Part shown: positions 33,604 to 43,758 of the stretch, in pieces
Layout: the number at the start of each line of letters is the position of its first letter
How positions within the stretch are numbered: the stretch's first letter is position 1
IMG/VR virus record: IMGVR_UViG_3300017653_000005
Span: 1 to 44,461 of that record
Strand: one strand, 5' to 3'
DNA: 44,461 bases
Source of the DNA: a virus
Lineage: Duplodnaviria; Caudoviricetes
Translations under genes and position numbers: made by a program
The notes under the pieces: model-generated
Told to the model about the DNA's origin: nothing
Database searches by the model: none
What the model saw: the letters and a program-made list of their open reading frames with translations, nothing else

Positions 33604-34137
33604 TTAAGCTCCCGGAGGGTAGGTAGTGTCGACCTCGACGAGGTCCACGTGGAGTTCGTCCGCAAACTGCTGCGGCACGGTGATGGATGGGTTGAACTGC
33701 AGGACCGCGTCGACTGACCAGCGTTCCAGGTACTGATCCTCGCCGGTGATAAACGGCAGTTGCCGCGGCTCACCGGTGTAGAGCGGCTGCGCGCCGCTCG
33801 CCTTCAATGCGTCGCAGCCGTAGGAGCTGCGCAGCGCGATGCAGATGGCCAGGGCCATGTCCTGCGCGCCGTCGCCGTAGCAATCCACCTGGGCGTTCCA
33901 CTGGGTGGGCCGCGTCAGGGTCATGGTGCCGGCGCTCGGCACGTCCGCGTAGGTGGTGCGCGGCAGGGACAGCGCAGGCGCCAGGATGGGCGTGATGTAC
34001 ACGTAACGCCCCGCCGGCGGCGGCACGCGGTTCTGCTGCCCGCGCACCACCGGGACCTGGTCGCCGACGATAACCTGCACGAACGCGCCCAGCGCGTCGA
34101 CCAGCGCGTCTTCGGTGAGGGAAACAGGAATGCTCAT
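33604..34137 (-). CDS. Tail completion / neck terminator protein
   Basis: [10 protein letters not shown]...QVDCYG; synteny. Confidence 0.75.
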   Translation of the reverse strand: MSIPVSLTEDALVDALGAFVQVIVGDQVPVVRGQQNRVPPPAGRYVYITPILAPALSLPRTTYADVPSAGTMTLTRPTQWNAQVDCYGDGAQDMALAICIALRSSYGCDALKASGAQPLYTGEPRQLPFITGEDQYLERWSVDAVLQFNPSITVPQQFADELHVDLVEVDTTYPPGA

Positions 34138-34511
34138 GGTGCCGCGTCCATCTGAAGGGTCACGCCGACCTTGCACCAGTCGGGCCACGTCTCGAAGACC
34201 ACGGTCACCAGCCATACCTGGCCGCCGAAGACCAGCAGATCGCCACCCTTGGCCAGCGGGCGCACAACGCCCTGGGTGTCGCCGTACATATACACACTGC
34301 GCTGCACCCCCTGGATGTTCTGGGCCTCGAGGTGCGCCAGATCCTTGCCGCTCAGCGGCTGCACCTGCAGGCGCGCGGCCGCGTCCGGCTTGTACTTCGG
34401 CACCTGCTTGCGCCCGAGGCCGATCTCGTAGCCATCGCTGGCGCGCAGAGTGCCGTCGATCATCGGGTTCACGGCGGCGATGATCGGGCCGGCGATTCCG
34501 TGCAGGTTCAT
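34134..34511 (-). CDS. Head closure protein
   Basis: MNLHGIA...QVQPLS...WLVTVVFETWPDW; synteny. Confidence 0.72.
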   Translation of the reverse strand: MNLHGIAGPIIAAVNPMIDGTLRASDGYEIGLGRKQVPKYKPDAAARLQVQPLSGKDLAHLEAQNIQGVQRSVYMYGDTQGVVRPLAKGGDLLVFGGQVWLVTVVFETWPDWCKVGVTLQMDAAP

Positions 34512-34960
34512 GTGTCGACCTCGTAGTCCACGCTGTTCATCATGTGGCCGGTATCGACCAGAGGCTTTTCGAAGCCCTTGCGAGCCACGGTGACAGGCGA
34601 CAAGGCCGGGCTATCCAGGTGCCGGATGGATTCCTGCAGCTGGCCCTTGATGCCCTCGCCCATCTGGCCGAGCGTCTTGTCGATGTCGTAGTCGGAGTTC
34701 TTTGCCACGGCACCGAGGGCGCGTGGCCAGTCCTTCTGCTTCTCGGCAATCATCGACCGGAAAAATGGCCGCGGGGGCTGGTTGCGGTCGGGTCGCCCAA
34801 ACTCGTTGACGGCGGCCACCAGCGCGACCGGGGTACCGTCCGGATAGGTGGCGCCTTCCAGGAACCCGACGCGCAGCGAGCCGCCGTCGCCCATTTTCTT
34901 AGCCATGTCCTCCAGCCGCCGCACCAGGGCCTCTCCGCCCTTCAGGCTTACGGCCGCCAT
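34508..34960 (-). CDS. Neck / tail-completion protein (HK97 gp10-like)
   Basis: LRVGF...AAVNEFG...PPRPFFR...KPLVDTGHM. Confidence 0.78.
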   Translation of the reverse strand: MAAVSLKGGEALVRRLEDMAKKMGDGGSLRVGFLEGATYPDGTPVALVAAVNEFGRPDRNQPPRPFFRSMIAEKQKDWPRALGAVAKNSDYDIDKTLGQMGEGIKGQLQESIRHLDSPALSPVTVARKGFEKPLVDTGHMMNSVDYEVDT

Positions 34961-35379
34961 GGGATCACCACCGGGACCGCGTAGCCGGTCGGTGCGGGCC
35001 GATAGCGGCCCACCCGATACTTGGCGGTGGCCTCCCAATACTGGGCGCCATAGCCGGTCTGCGCATACCACTGCGCCGAGCCGGGCGCCACGTTGTATGC
35101 GGCCGAGACCGACACCGAGCCCTCGGTGGCGCTGCTGATGCGGCCCACCAAAGACCGCGGTCCCTGGCCATTTTCACCATAGGTCAGCGCCGCGATGTGG
35201 GCGGTCAGCAGATACAGGAGGGCCTTGCGCTCGTCGACATCACAGACCGCGCTGCTGTCCTTGTTGCTCAGGTACAGCGTAGCCATGCTGAAGGCATGGT
35301 TCAGCTGCGGATCCGTGAGCGTCGCGAAGGACGGATAAATCAGCCGAAACTCAGCGGGATCAAAGACGACGACAGCCAT
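34948..35379 (-). CDS. Head-tail adaptor (DUF4054)
   Basis: FRLIYPSF...LLTAHI...GRISSATEGSVSVS...QTGYGAQYW. Confidence 0.85.
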   Translation of the reverse strand: MAVVVFDPAEFRLIYPSFATLTDPQLNHAFSMATLYLSNKDSSAVCDVDERKALLYLLTAHIAALTYGENGQGPRSLVGRISSATEGSVSVSAAYNVAPGSAQWYAQTGYGAQYWEATAKYRVGRYRPAPTGYAVPVVIPWRP

Positions 35380-35388
35380 GGGCCGCTC

Positions 35389-35724
35389 CTATTTCTTCTT
35401 GCCTTCGTAGTTCTCGGGCTTGATGCCGGGCGCGGGCGCCTCGGGGTCCAGACCTTCCAGTCCGGATTTCTCGTCCTTGCGCTCCTTGGCCTTCGAGACG
35501 GCGCTGCGCTCGCTGCCCTGGGCGAAGATAAGTTCCTTCTTGAGCGGCTGGAAGTCGGGGTACAGCTTGCTCCATGCCGCCCAGAACTCGGCATCCACTA
35601 CGGTGAGTCCATGGCCAGCGATGGCTTCCGGATGGTTGGCACCGTTCAGGGTGACGGAGGGCGCGCCGGGGATATCCAGCACCAGGCCGTTGGGCAACTT
35701 GCACGCGATGGTCACAGTCGACAT
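35389..35724 (-). CDS. Conserved head-associated hypothetical protein
   Basis: GAGG RBS; MSTVTIACKLPNGL; follows the capsid gene. Confidence 0.75.
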   Translation of the reverse strand: MSTVTIACKLPNGLVLDIPGAPSVTLNGANHPEAIAGHGLTVVDAEFWAAWSKLYPDFQPLKKELIFAQGSERSAVSKAKERKDEKSGLEGLDPEAPAPGIKPENYEGKKK

Positions 35725-35791
35725 ATCTCTTCCTCGAATGAAAAAGAGGCGCCACATGGGCGCCCCTCTGGGTTGCTGCGCTTCGCGCTGG

Positions 35792-36817
35792 TCAGACGCC
35801 GATCATGGCGGCAATGGCCATCGGCACCTTGATGATGGCGCCCCACGTTCCCTGCGACTTCTTCTGCTTGAAGCTGGAAGTGTCGCGAACGATGGCATGG
35901 GCGCGCATCTTCTCGGTGAAGGCCGCGGTGCCGACGTTCTGGCCGTCGATCGATTCGGCGATGAGCTGCACCAACTGGCCCGAGCCCGTCGCGTACTGCA
36001 CGGCGGTTTCCACGGTCAGGTTGGGGAAGTTCTTGGCCAGCATGTCGCTGACGTTGACGTTGTACTGGTTCGTCTTCGTCAGGTTGACTTCGGTCTCGGG
36101 CGACATGCACAGCTTCAGCTTGTCGCGACGAGTGACCAGGCCACGGGTCTGCGTCACCAACTGGCCGTAGATCTTCACGATGTCGTCGTAGACCGCCTGG
36201 CCGTCCTTGCCCGACCACAGGGTCACGCCGCCGACCGAGATCGGGGCCACCGGCGCCGACAGGTTGGGGTCGTTCAGCAGGCCGTAGTTCTGCAGGCCGG
36301 CGATGCCGAAGAAGTAGCTGTTGTCCTGAAACTTGTTCAGCACCAGGGCCGACGCGATGTTCAGCTCGGACGCCCAGTTGATCTTCGCCTGGCCGGCCAT
36401 GTCCAGCTCGCGTTCACCCCATTCCGTCATGGTCTGGTAGTGGTACGACTGGCGCTGCGGGAAGTTGGTGTTCGCGCCGGCGCGGCCGTTGTTGTTGAAG
36501 TCGCCGTAGGACGACACTTCACCCGTGGATTCCACCACCGGGAAGGTAGCCGTCAGGGTGGTCCAGTCGCCCTTCTTCGACTCGCCCAGGATCACGGCAC
36601 CCTGCATGGGCGTCGTCAGCACGCGGGTCAGCTCGGGGTCGATGTAGTTCAGCAGGTAGCCGGGAATGCCCGAGTTGCTGACCGTCACCAGCGGGCCGGC
36701 CGCGTCCATGGCCAGGCCATAGTCGGCGCGGAACTCGTCGGGCAGATAGTCCTGAGCGCCCGGGAACACGATGCCGAAGTGCTTCTCCAGCAGCGCGAGG
36801 TCTTGGTTTCGTTTCAT
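35792..36817 (-). CDS. Major capsid protein (DUF2184 type)
   Basis: KKGDWT...YGDFNNNG...[19 protein letters not shown]; 341 aa. Confidence 0.9.
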   Translation of the reverse strand: MKRNQDLALLEKHFGIVFPGAQDYLPDEFRADYGLAMDAAGPLVTVSNSGIPGYLLNYIDPELTRVLTTPMQGAVILGESKKGDWTTLTATFPVVESTGEVSSYGDFNNNGRAGANTNFPQRQSYHYQTMTEWGERELDMAGQAKINWASELNIASALVLNKFQDNSYFFGIAGLQNYGLLNDPNLSAPVAPISVGGVTLWSGKDGQAVYDDIVKIYGQLVTQTRGLVTRRDKLKLCMSPETEVNLTKTNQYNVNVSDMLAKNFPNLTVETAVQYATGSGQLVQLIAESIDGQNVGTAAFTEKMRAHAIVRDTSSFKQKKSQGTWGAIIKVPMAIAAMIGV

Positions 36818-36821
36818 TGCT

Positions 36822-37307
36822 TTACCCCAGGTTGGTGGAGGTCATCTTGATGAGGGCACCGATGGCACCCGCACTGCCGACGAACATATTGGTTTCGGTG
36901 TGACCGGAAATCGTGTCACCGGCTGCACCGGTCGATACCGTGCCGTCGGTGTTGGACGCGAAGATCTTCTGCCCGATGGTGGCCACGGTTTTGGTAGCAA
37001 CCCAGAAGTCGCCACCGTTGTGCAGGGTGACGCCCAGACCTTGCGGCACGATCATGGTCGATTCGGCCAGCCAGATCGTGATGGCGCCTTGCTGCTCGCG
37101 GTGAACGAAGCCGGTAGGCGCGCCGGCGCCGGCATTGCTGACCAAGCCATCCGCGTCCGCCCAGGCGAAGCGGCCCACCGTCACGCCATCGGCGTCAGCC
37201 ACCAGGGTGCCAGGGCCAGCCAGCACGGTCGAACGCGGGTTCGAGCTGGCGAAATCGCCGGCAACAGCGGCGGCGGGTTCGATGTAGACCTGTTTCTGAA
37301 AGCCCAT
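36822..37307 (-). CDS. Capsid decoration/cement protein
   Basis: Gly/Ala-rich 161 aa between protease and capsid. Confidence 0.75.
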   Translation of the reverse strand: MGFQKQVYIEPAAAVAGDFASSNPRSTVLAGPGTLVADADGVTVGRFAWADADGLVSNAGAGAPTGFVHREQQGAITIWLAESTMIVPQGLGVTLHNGGDFWVATKTVATIGQKIFASNTDGTVSTGAAGDTISGHTETNMFVGSAGAIGALIKMTSTNLG

Positions 37308-38675
37308 TTAGATCACCTTGGGAAGATGCGGAAAGCGGTCGCGGAAGCTCTTCTGAGCGGCCGAGTCCATCGCCACGCGCGGGGTTTGCGGGGCCTGGTC
37401 TTGCGCCAGGGCCATCTTGACCATGGCACGATAAGCCGAGGGCGGCGTATCGGTCAGGTCAATGCCCTTGGCGTCCAGGGCCATCTTGTAAACCGCCTCG
37501 GCCGAGTCCTGGGCGACGATCTCGCCGAGGATGGGCCGGCATTCCTGCTCGGCGGTGCGGATCGCGGTCATGCGCTGGACCGCCGCCTGCTCGCCGGCTT
37601 TCTGGGCCTTGGCCAGAGCCTGATCCATCGCCTGCTGGGTCACCGGTCCGGGCGGCGTGTCCGGGGTGTGTGGCGGCTCGTCGTTGGCTGCGGGCGGCTC
37701 ACCCAGGGCTGCCATGACGCGCGCAGCTTCTTCCGGGCCCAGCTTCTCACCGAGCATTTCCCGGATTTTGCCCATCAGCTCGTCGTCTTGGGCGACCGGC
37801 TTGGGCTCGACCGTATCGTCATCCTCGTCCTCGCCGATCGGCGCCACGGCGGGATCGGTGAAGACCTCGATGACCTCCTTCAGGTCTTCCAGGTCGGCGT
37901 CCTGCGCCAGCTTGCCCTTAAAGTGGTTCTGCATGGCGCGGATGATGCGCGGCTGCTCGGACTTCAGGTTTTTGCGGCTGACGCCCTTGAGGAAGGGGGT
38001 CAGGTCGCCTAGTGCCGCGTCCTGGGCCAGCCGGGGCCGGATATGCGCCCCGAGTGCCCCGGCGACGACGGCGGCGGTTTTGCTCAGTTTCATTTTCGGG
38101 ATCTCCGAAGGGTTGAGGGTACTGCTGTCGCCTACGACGACGTCCGGGCCTGCACGGCCCACTTCGACAAGCGCGACGTGATTGCCGCGGATGTCTCGCA
38201 TGACCCCGTCGTATGCGACGCCCTCATACATGCCGGGCGTCATATCGGCACGGTAGCGATAGGCGCTCGAAAGCTCCTTCTGCTCATCGGACTCGATAAG
38301 CGCGATCGCAACGGCGTCCCATACGACGAGGGAATTCTTCAGGTACGGCGCCAGGTAGGAGGCGTTCGAACCAGTGGCCCCAACCACAAACTCTTTCTGC
38401 GGCTCGGCGGCCGAGACGGGGATGTGTTTGGACAGCAGCGGGATGTTGTTGAAGGTCGGCGCCGCCTTTTCCAGTTCCTGCGGATCACGCAGCAGGAAGT
38501 AAATGCGGTTGGCGTCGAGACCCAGGACCTCCCAGTCCGGGATCTCGCTGCCGCGGTACGGGTTGACCGTGGCCTTGCTGATGTTGCTGATCTCGACATG
38601 CATACGCCCGTCCACGTCGATCGTGCGGACTGTGGCGCGGTCGAAGGCCAGGCCGTGGTGCTTCTGCTGTTTCAT
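37308..38675 (-). CDS. Prohead protease-scaffold (DUF2213)
   Basis: ELSSAY...GNHVALVEVGRAG; acidic helical C-terminal scaffold. Confidence 0.85.
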   Translation of the reverse strand: MKQQKHHGLAFDRATVRTIDVDGRMHVEISNISKATVNPYRGSEIPDWEVLGLDANRIYFLLRDPQELEKAAPTFNNIPLLSKHIPVSAAEPQKEFVVGATGSNASYLAPYLKNSLVVWDAVAIALIESDEQKELSSAYRYRADMTPGMYEGVAYDGVMRDIRGNHVALVEVGRAGPDVVVGDSSTLNPSEIPKMKLSKTAAVVAGALGAHIRPRLAQDAALGDLTPFLKGVSRKNLKSEQPRIIRAMQNHFKGKLAQDADLEDLKEVIEVFTDPAVAPIGEDEDDDTVEPKPVAQDDELMGKIREMLGEKLGPEEAARVMAALGEPPAANDEPPHTPDTPPGPVTQQAMDQALAKAQKAGEQAAVQRMTAIRTAEQECRPILGEIVAQDSAEAVYKMALDAKGIDLTDTPPSAYRAMVKMALAQDQAPQTPRVAMDSAAQKSFRDRFPHLPKVI

Positions 38676-39475
38676 GGGTCGAATCCCGGGATGATGCTGA
38701 TGGCCACGCAGCGGCAGTTCGGCAGTTCGCCGGGACGAATGTAGTTGCCGTCGATGAGCATGCCCTTGTCCACGTCGTAGACCTTGCCGTCGGCTTCCTG
38801 GTGCGACTTGCGCGGGTGTTTGCCGCCGCGCGAGTGCCGCCACTTGGCCTGTTTGATGCCCAGACCCTGCTGGCGTACCCGCGTGATGGTGGCCGTGGCC
38901 TTGTTGTTCTGGTCGCGGGCGATGAAGGCCGCGCGCCGCTTGGTGACGCCATACCGCTTCTGCAGGTCCTCGACCAGCCCTTCCAGGTCTCGCCCCTGGG
39001 TCACAGACCGCATGACCATGCCCTGCACCTCCTGCAGGTGCTCGGCGGCGATCGACTTGATCAGCCCGACGTTCTCCTGCACGGTGGCCTGGAACACGTC
39101 ATTGGCCGCCCGGGTCAGCTGGAACTGCACACTGAACCCCTTCTGGCGCAGGGCGTTGCGCAGCGAGATGTCCGCCGCGCTCATCGATGTCTCGGCGAAC
39201 TCGTTTGCCACCGGCTGGGCCACCTCGTCGAAGCGGCGCTGCCATTGCTTGGCCAGGCGTCGCATCATCTTGGTCAGCGCCATGGCTGGGCTTTCGTCCT
39301 GGGCGATCTCCGGCACATTGCGCCGGTAGGCCGCCGTCAGCCAGTACACCAGGGACCGCTGCATTTCATCGATAAGGCGGTCCAGGCGCTTGCGGTAGGC
39401 CGCCTCGATCCCCTGGTTGGCGTGCACGGGGCGCAGCGGCACCTCGCGGCCGGTAGGTGAAACGAGGTCAGGCAT
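38672..39475 (-). CDS. Minor head morphogenesis protein (Mu gpF / SPP1 gp7-like)
   Basis: RAAFIARDQ...W..S....PRKSH...PGELPNCRC. Confidence 0.88.
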   Translation of the reverse strand: MPDLVSPTGREVPLRPVHANQGIEAAYRKRLDRLIDEMQRSLVYWLTAAYRRNVPEIAQDESPAMALTKMMRRLAKQWQRRFDEVAQPVANEFAETSMSAADISLRNALRQKGFSVQFQLTRAANDVFQATVQENVGLIKSIAAEHLQEVQGMVMRSVTQGRDLEGLVEDLQKRYGVTKRRAAFIARDQNNKATATITRVRQQGLGIKQAKWRHSRGGKHPRKSHQEADGKVYDVDKGMLIDGNYIRPGELPNCRCVAISIIPGFDP

Positions 39476-41018
39476 TGACGTCGTCCTGCGGTTCGTCGTC
39501 CAGGGGTGGCGGCGCGTCGGGCACCGGGTCGGGCACACCATCGCCGTCGTCGTCATCCAGATCTAGCGAGTGGTAGCCGTTCGTCTCGTCCGCCGCCACG
39601 CGCTCGCGCTCTTCCTGCGGGCTGATGGCGCCAGATTCGATCAGCACTGCTCCGGTATCGGCGTCCAGCTTGCGCACCTCGGCCTGCTCCTTCTCGCTCA
39701 TCTGCCACAGGGGCACGAAGCTGAAGGTGATGTCGGGGTCGATCTCGCCGAACTCGCTAAGTTGGATCACATCCAGGCATTGCTGCAGCGGGTCGCGGAA
39801 TACCGATTCCTGCGCCGAGTGCATGTCGTCGTAAAACACCCGTATCTCGCCGTCGGCGGTCGCATTCAAGCCGCTGGGCGAGATGCCCATCAGCTTGACC
39901 AGCGGAATGCCCGACACGACCGAAAGCTGCTCCAGAGACTGGTTCTGCAGAGCATCCAAGCCGGACAGGGGGACATTCTCGAATCGGAAATCCTCGCCGT
40001 CCTTGTCAATCGCCCACGCACCTCGATTGGTACGCATGCGATTGAACAGGTCGACCCGGTTGAACACGTCGTTACCAGGCTCCCCGGTTAACACCGCTGC
40101 CATGTTGGTGGCGAACAGCGGCACCGAGAACCCATCTATCAGATTGGCCACGGCCTGGCGGGTCTTCAGCCAGTTATCCACGTACGGAATCGCAAGCTGC
40201 GTCATGGACATGCCGCCGAAGTTGTACGACGGCTTCAACAGGTCGGGCACCTCGCGCGACACGATGTTGAGCAGGCGGCTGCTGTGCACCTGGCGCCCCA
40301 GCACAAACCAGGACGTCGGCTTGTAGAAGTCCGGCCGCATTGGGTTGTCGCTGTTGTAGAGGTACGGCGTCGTCCAGACCGGGTCGATGACCTTGAAGCC
40401 CACCAGCGCGCCCTTGGCAATCTTCGCGGGACTCTTGACCAGGATGGACTTCAATTCATCCGGGTCAGCCCACGCCAGCATGCCGCTAGGCGTCTTCACG
40501 TCGATGTAGATCTGCGAGCGGCCGAACAAGCCATCCTGCAAGGCAGCCAAGCGGAACTTGGCGCGCAGGCGGTGGCGGCGCATGGCCTTCTCGATGACTT
40601 CGAGCTTGTCGGCCTTGTCGTCGTCGCCCTTGACCTCCAGCTTGATCCACTTCCGGGTCATCTCTTTGGCGATGACGTCAGACATCTTGCGGTACTCGGG
40701 GCGCTGCGAAAGCTCGGCCAGGTACGGATACCCGATGAAGCCCATGCCGGCGTACGCCTCGCTCACGTAGGCATAGACGGGGCTCATGGCCTCGTCCATG
40801 GCCAGCACGGACTTTTCCTTGTCTGCGGGAATCACGAACGGGGCCACCGCTGGGCGCTTGAACTCGCCCTTCGGCGTGGCCGGCGGCTCAGACGGCGGGA
40901 TATTGGAGCGGCCCAGGGCTTCCGCGCTGATCTTCATCCCTGGCTCGCGGCGCGCGGCCGGGGCCGGCGCAGGAGCCACAAGGGCATTCCTGCGCAAGAT
41001 CCAGTCGAGTAATTTCAT
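39468..41018 (-). CDS. Portal protein (DUF1073)
   Basis: IPLVKLMGISPSGLNATADGEIRVFYD...FVPLWQMSEKE; follows terL. Confidence 0.88.
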   Translation of the reverse strand: MKLLDWILRRNALVAPAPAPAARREPGMKISAEALGRSNIPPSEPPATPKGEFKRPAVAPFVIPADKEKSVLAMDEAMSPVYAYVSEAYAGMGFIGYPYLAELSQRPEYRKMSDVIAKEMTRKWIKLEVKGDDDKADKLEVIEKAMRRHRLRAKFRLAALQDGLFGRSQIYIDVKTPSGMLAWADPDELKSILVKSPAKIAKGALVGFKVIDPVWTTPYLYNSDNPMRPDFYKPTSWFVLGRQVHSSRLLNIVSREVPDLLKPSYNFGGMSMTQLAIPYVDNWLKTRQAVANLIDGFSVPLFATNMAAVLTGEPGNDVFNRVDLFNRMRTNRGAWAIDKDGEDFRFENVPLSGLDALQNQSLEQLSVVSGIPLVKLMGISPSGLNATADGEIRVFYDDMHSAQESVFRDPLQQCLDVIQLSEFGEIDPDITFSFVPLWQMSEKEQAEVRKLDADTGAVLIESGAISPQEERERVAADETNGYHSLDLDDDDGDGVPDPVPDAPPPLDDEPQDDVNA

Positions 41019-42517
41019 GCGCGCCTCATGGCTTCGGGGTTGATTGTCATAGGCCGCTTGGTGATCAGCTCGGCAAAGGCCCGTGAGAGCCCGTCGACCT
41101 GATCGTCATGCTTGCCGTTAGGAAATGAGCGCAATTCGTCTATCAGCGCCTTGTTCCAGTCGCCGCGCAGCATCAGCACGTTGCCGACGTTGACCTGGGC
41201 GGCGAACGGCTCGGCGCGCACGACCTTGTCGCCGCTTTCCGGGCTGCTCACGATCCGGTAGCCGGGCATGCCGCGCGTCAGGTACAGCACCTGCGTCTTG
41301 CCGGCCTGCCCCGGGTCCTGCGGGATGCTGATCCGCACCTGTCGGCCGTCCAGCGCCGCGGTGTTCTCCAGCGCCTTGTCGCGGCGGTCCGGGCCCCACT
41401 GGCCGCGCACCATGTCCCCGATCACGTACTGACCGGTCGGCAGGCGGCCCAGCTTCGGGCCGGCCGTGAAGTCGCCCGCGCCGTCGGTGCTGGCGAAGTC
41501 CCAGCCGCGCACCCAGTCGATGCGCCCAGCGGGCAGCGCGTCGATGACCTGGATCTGGTCGGGCCTGAACAGGTCACCATCCAGCGGCGTCGGCAGCTGC
41601 TGATACAGCGACGACCAGGTGCGTGAGTTGCTTTCGAACTGCGCCCAGTGCTGGCGATCGAACCATTCCGGCCAGAGGTATTCGCCCCGGGCGCGGCCCA
41701 GCGGGTCGCTGTCGACCTCGCAGCGCGCCTGGATGCACAGCACCTCCCAGTCGTTGCCGTCCTTGCAGCGGATCAGCCCGCTTTCGCCCTTCCAGTCATC
41801 CGGCAGAATCCGGCCGGCCAGGTCGTCCTCGTGCCACCGCGTGGTGATCAGGACAATCCAGCCGCCCGGGATCAGGCGCGTTTTCAGGTCGTCTTCGTAG
41901 GCGTCCCAGGTCTTGTTCCGGATCGTCTCCGAATTCGCCTGCTCGCGGCCCTTGATCGGGTCGTCGATGATGATGCCGTGGGCGCGGTTGCCGGTGATGC
42001 CAGACAGGATGCCGCAAGCCATGTACTCGCTGCCGTTGGACAGCGCGAATTCCTGGGCGGCGTTCGAATCCGACACCAGGGCCGCGCCCCAGATGTTCCG
42101 GTACCGCGGCTGCTTGATGATCGAGCGCGTGCGGCGCCCCATCTTGCGGGCCAGGTCGTCGCCATAGCTGGCCAGGATGACGCGCCGGCCGGGCGTGGCG
42201 CCCAGGTACTTCGAGGGGAACACCACCGACGCATACGTCGACTTGGCGCTCCCGGGTGGCATGCAGACGATCATCCGGCCGTGCCGGCGCTGGCTGGTCT
42301 CTTCCAGCTTGGCCAGCAGCAGCCGGTGGTGCACCGCCATGGTGGTCTCGATGGGCTCGAAAAACTCGGCGTCCGGGTCTTCCTCATCCACCGGCCGGCC
42401 TGGCACCTCGATCGCGTTGGCGTACTGGAGGATGTCAGCCCTCGCCCGCCTCCGGATCAGCAGCTCCCGGGCCGCTTCCTGCCGCGAGGGCAAGTAGCTC
42501 TTCGTCGGTGAAGTCAT
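41015..42517 (-). CDS. terL: Terminase large subunit
   Basis: MPPGSAKS Walker A, IIIDDPIK Walker B, GWDFA and HDDQVD nuclease motifs. Confidence 0.93.
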   Translation of the reverse strand: MTSPTKSYLPSRQEAARELLIRRRARADILQYANAIEVPGRPVDEEDPDAEFFEPIETTMAVHHRLLLAKLEETSQRRHGRMIVCMPPGSAKSTYASVVFPSKYLGATPGRRVILASYGDDLARKMGRRTRSIIKQPRYRNIWGAALVSDSNAAQEFALSNGSEYMACGILSGITGNRAHGIIIDDPIKGREQANSETIRNKTWDAYEDDLKTRLIPGGWIVLITTRWHEDDLAGRILPDDWKGESGLIRCKDGNDWEVLCIQARCEVDSDPLGRARGEYLWPEWFDRQHWAQFESNSRTWSSLYQQLPTPLDGDLFRPDQIQVIDALPAGRIDWVRGWDFASTDGAGDFTAGPKLGRLPTGQYVIGDMVRGQWGPDRRDKALENTAALDGRQVRISIPQDPGQAGKTQVLYLTRGMPGYRIVSSPESGDKVVRAEPFAAQVNVGNVLMLRGDWNKALIDELRSFPNGKHDDQVDGLSRAFAELITKRPMTINPEAMRRA

Positions 42518-43130
42518 CGGCCTTCCGCGGCGGCGTGTTCAGGTTGATCTGTTGCGATACGGGCAGAATGCCGTAGGCCTCGCGCTCCAGGGCGATCAGC
42601 ACCTTGAGCGTTTCGGCCAGCTTCTTCAGCCCGTCAATGCGGGACGCCATGGAAATGGCGCGGTTGTAGACCGTCTCGCGCTTTCCCTGGGCGCCGTCTT
42701 CGTCACTGCGCAGGAACTCGGCCAGGTCGCGGAACAGTTCAGGGTGGCCGGTCTCGGCCTCCAGCTCCACCAGCATGGCCTCGGTGGCCTCGCGCATTCG
42801 GCGGATGGTCGACTTGTGCTTTAGCTTGACGTCGGCCAGCGCCTGGGCGCCGATGGCGATCTCTTCCTTGACCCGGTGCGCACTCGATTCACTGCGTGCC
42901 GTGGACTGCGTACTTAACCTGCGTACTTCCTCCCTGCGCACGAGCTCGTCGGCCTTGGCCTGGACTCTGGCGTTCAGGTCACGGGGCCACTCGTCGCGCT
43001 TGGCGCGCTTGCGGATGGCCCCCTCGGTGATGCCGTGCAGGGTGGCGAGTTCGCGCAAGGACATGACGCCCGCGCGGTAGCCCGCCTCGATGCGCTCCCA
43101 GTCGGGTGGCGCCTTCTTGGGCTGTGTCAC
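42435..43130 (-). CDS. terS: Terminase small subunit
   Basis: PDWERIEAGYRAGVMSLRELATLHGITEGAIRKRAKRDEW HTH; probable GTG start at 43130. Confidence 0.85.
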   Translation of the reverse strand: MTQPKKAPPDWERIEAGYRAGVMSLRELATLHGITEGAIRKRAKRDEWPRDLNARVQAKADELVRREEVRRLSTQSTARSESSAHRVKEEIAIGAQALADVKLKHKSTIRRMREATEAMLVELEAETGHPELFRDLAEFLRSDEDGAQGKRETVYNRAISMASRIDGLKKLAETLKVLIALEREAYGILPVSQQINLNTPPRKADDFTDEELLALAAGSGPGAADPEAGEG

Positions 43131-43132
43131 GA

Positions 43133-43291
43133 TTATTCCGTCTTGATGCGCATCCCGCGCTCTACGACGCGGGCGACTCGTTGATAGTTGGGCTCGGCCC
43201 CCGTAAGCATGCAGCGCAGGCGAATGCCATAGAGGTAGGGCAAGACCCACCAAGCGGAGCGAACGATGAGCGTGAGAACGACTTTTTCCAT
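43133..43291 (-). CDS. Small hypothetical protein
   Basis: GAGG RBS; 52 aa; directly upstream of terS. Confidence 0.55.
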   Translation of the reverse strand: MEKVVLTLIVRSAWWVLPYLYGIRLRCMLTGAEPNYQRVARVVERGMRIKTE

Positions 43292-43678
43292 AAAGGCCTC
43301 AGATCGTTGCGTCCATCCGACTACCCGCCACGGCGGGCTGGGCGCGGCGGTTCTCGTCGTGCTGGCCGCCGGCGACAAGACCGGAAAGAAGTGCCCCGCG
43401 CATTTGCCCCTGCGCGGGCGCCAGGCCAGCTGAGGCGACTCATGGGGGTGTTGTTGGTGTGGGGCCCCTCCCCCAAAGCACGCATTGCACGTGGCGCTGT
43501 GTGGCGCAGGGAGACTTCGGGCGGCGCCGGTCGGAGCCAGTGAGACGGGGTCATCCCCGCACGCAGCGGCCGCGGCGGCTCACTGCTGTCTGGTCGATTG
43601 CGGCGGCTGTTCCCACAGAGCAGAGGCCAGAGCATGACGTCTGCCAGCCGGTGCCCCTGCTCTCTGGAAACGCCCATG

Positions 43679-43707
43679 AAAAAAGCCCCGGCTTTCGCTC
43701 GGGGCTT
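43679..43707 (-). terminator. tR'-like intrinsic terminator
   Basis: GCCCCG-AGCGAAAGC-CGGGGC followed by T6 on the minus strand. Confidence 0.8.
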
Positions 43708-43758
43708 GCTTTCTTACGGCCGAACGACGCCCGCCTTTCGGGCATCGGGGTCACGTCG

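Noticed and set aside
29173-33626. Very long plus-strand ORFs (655 aa and 852 aa)
   Set aside because: Antisense shadows of tail genes caused by GC-rich codon bias; no motifs or RBS.
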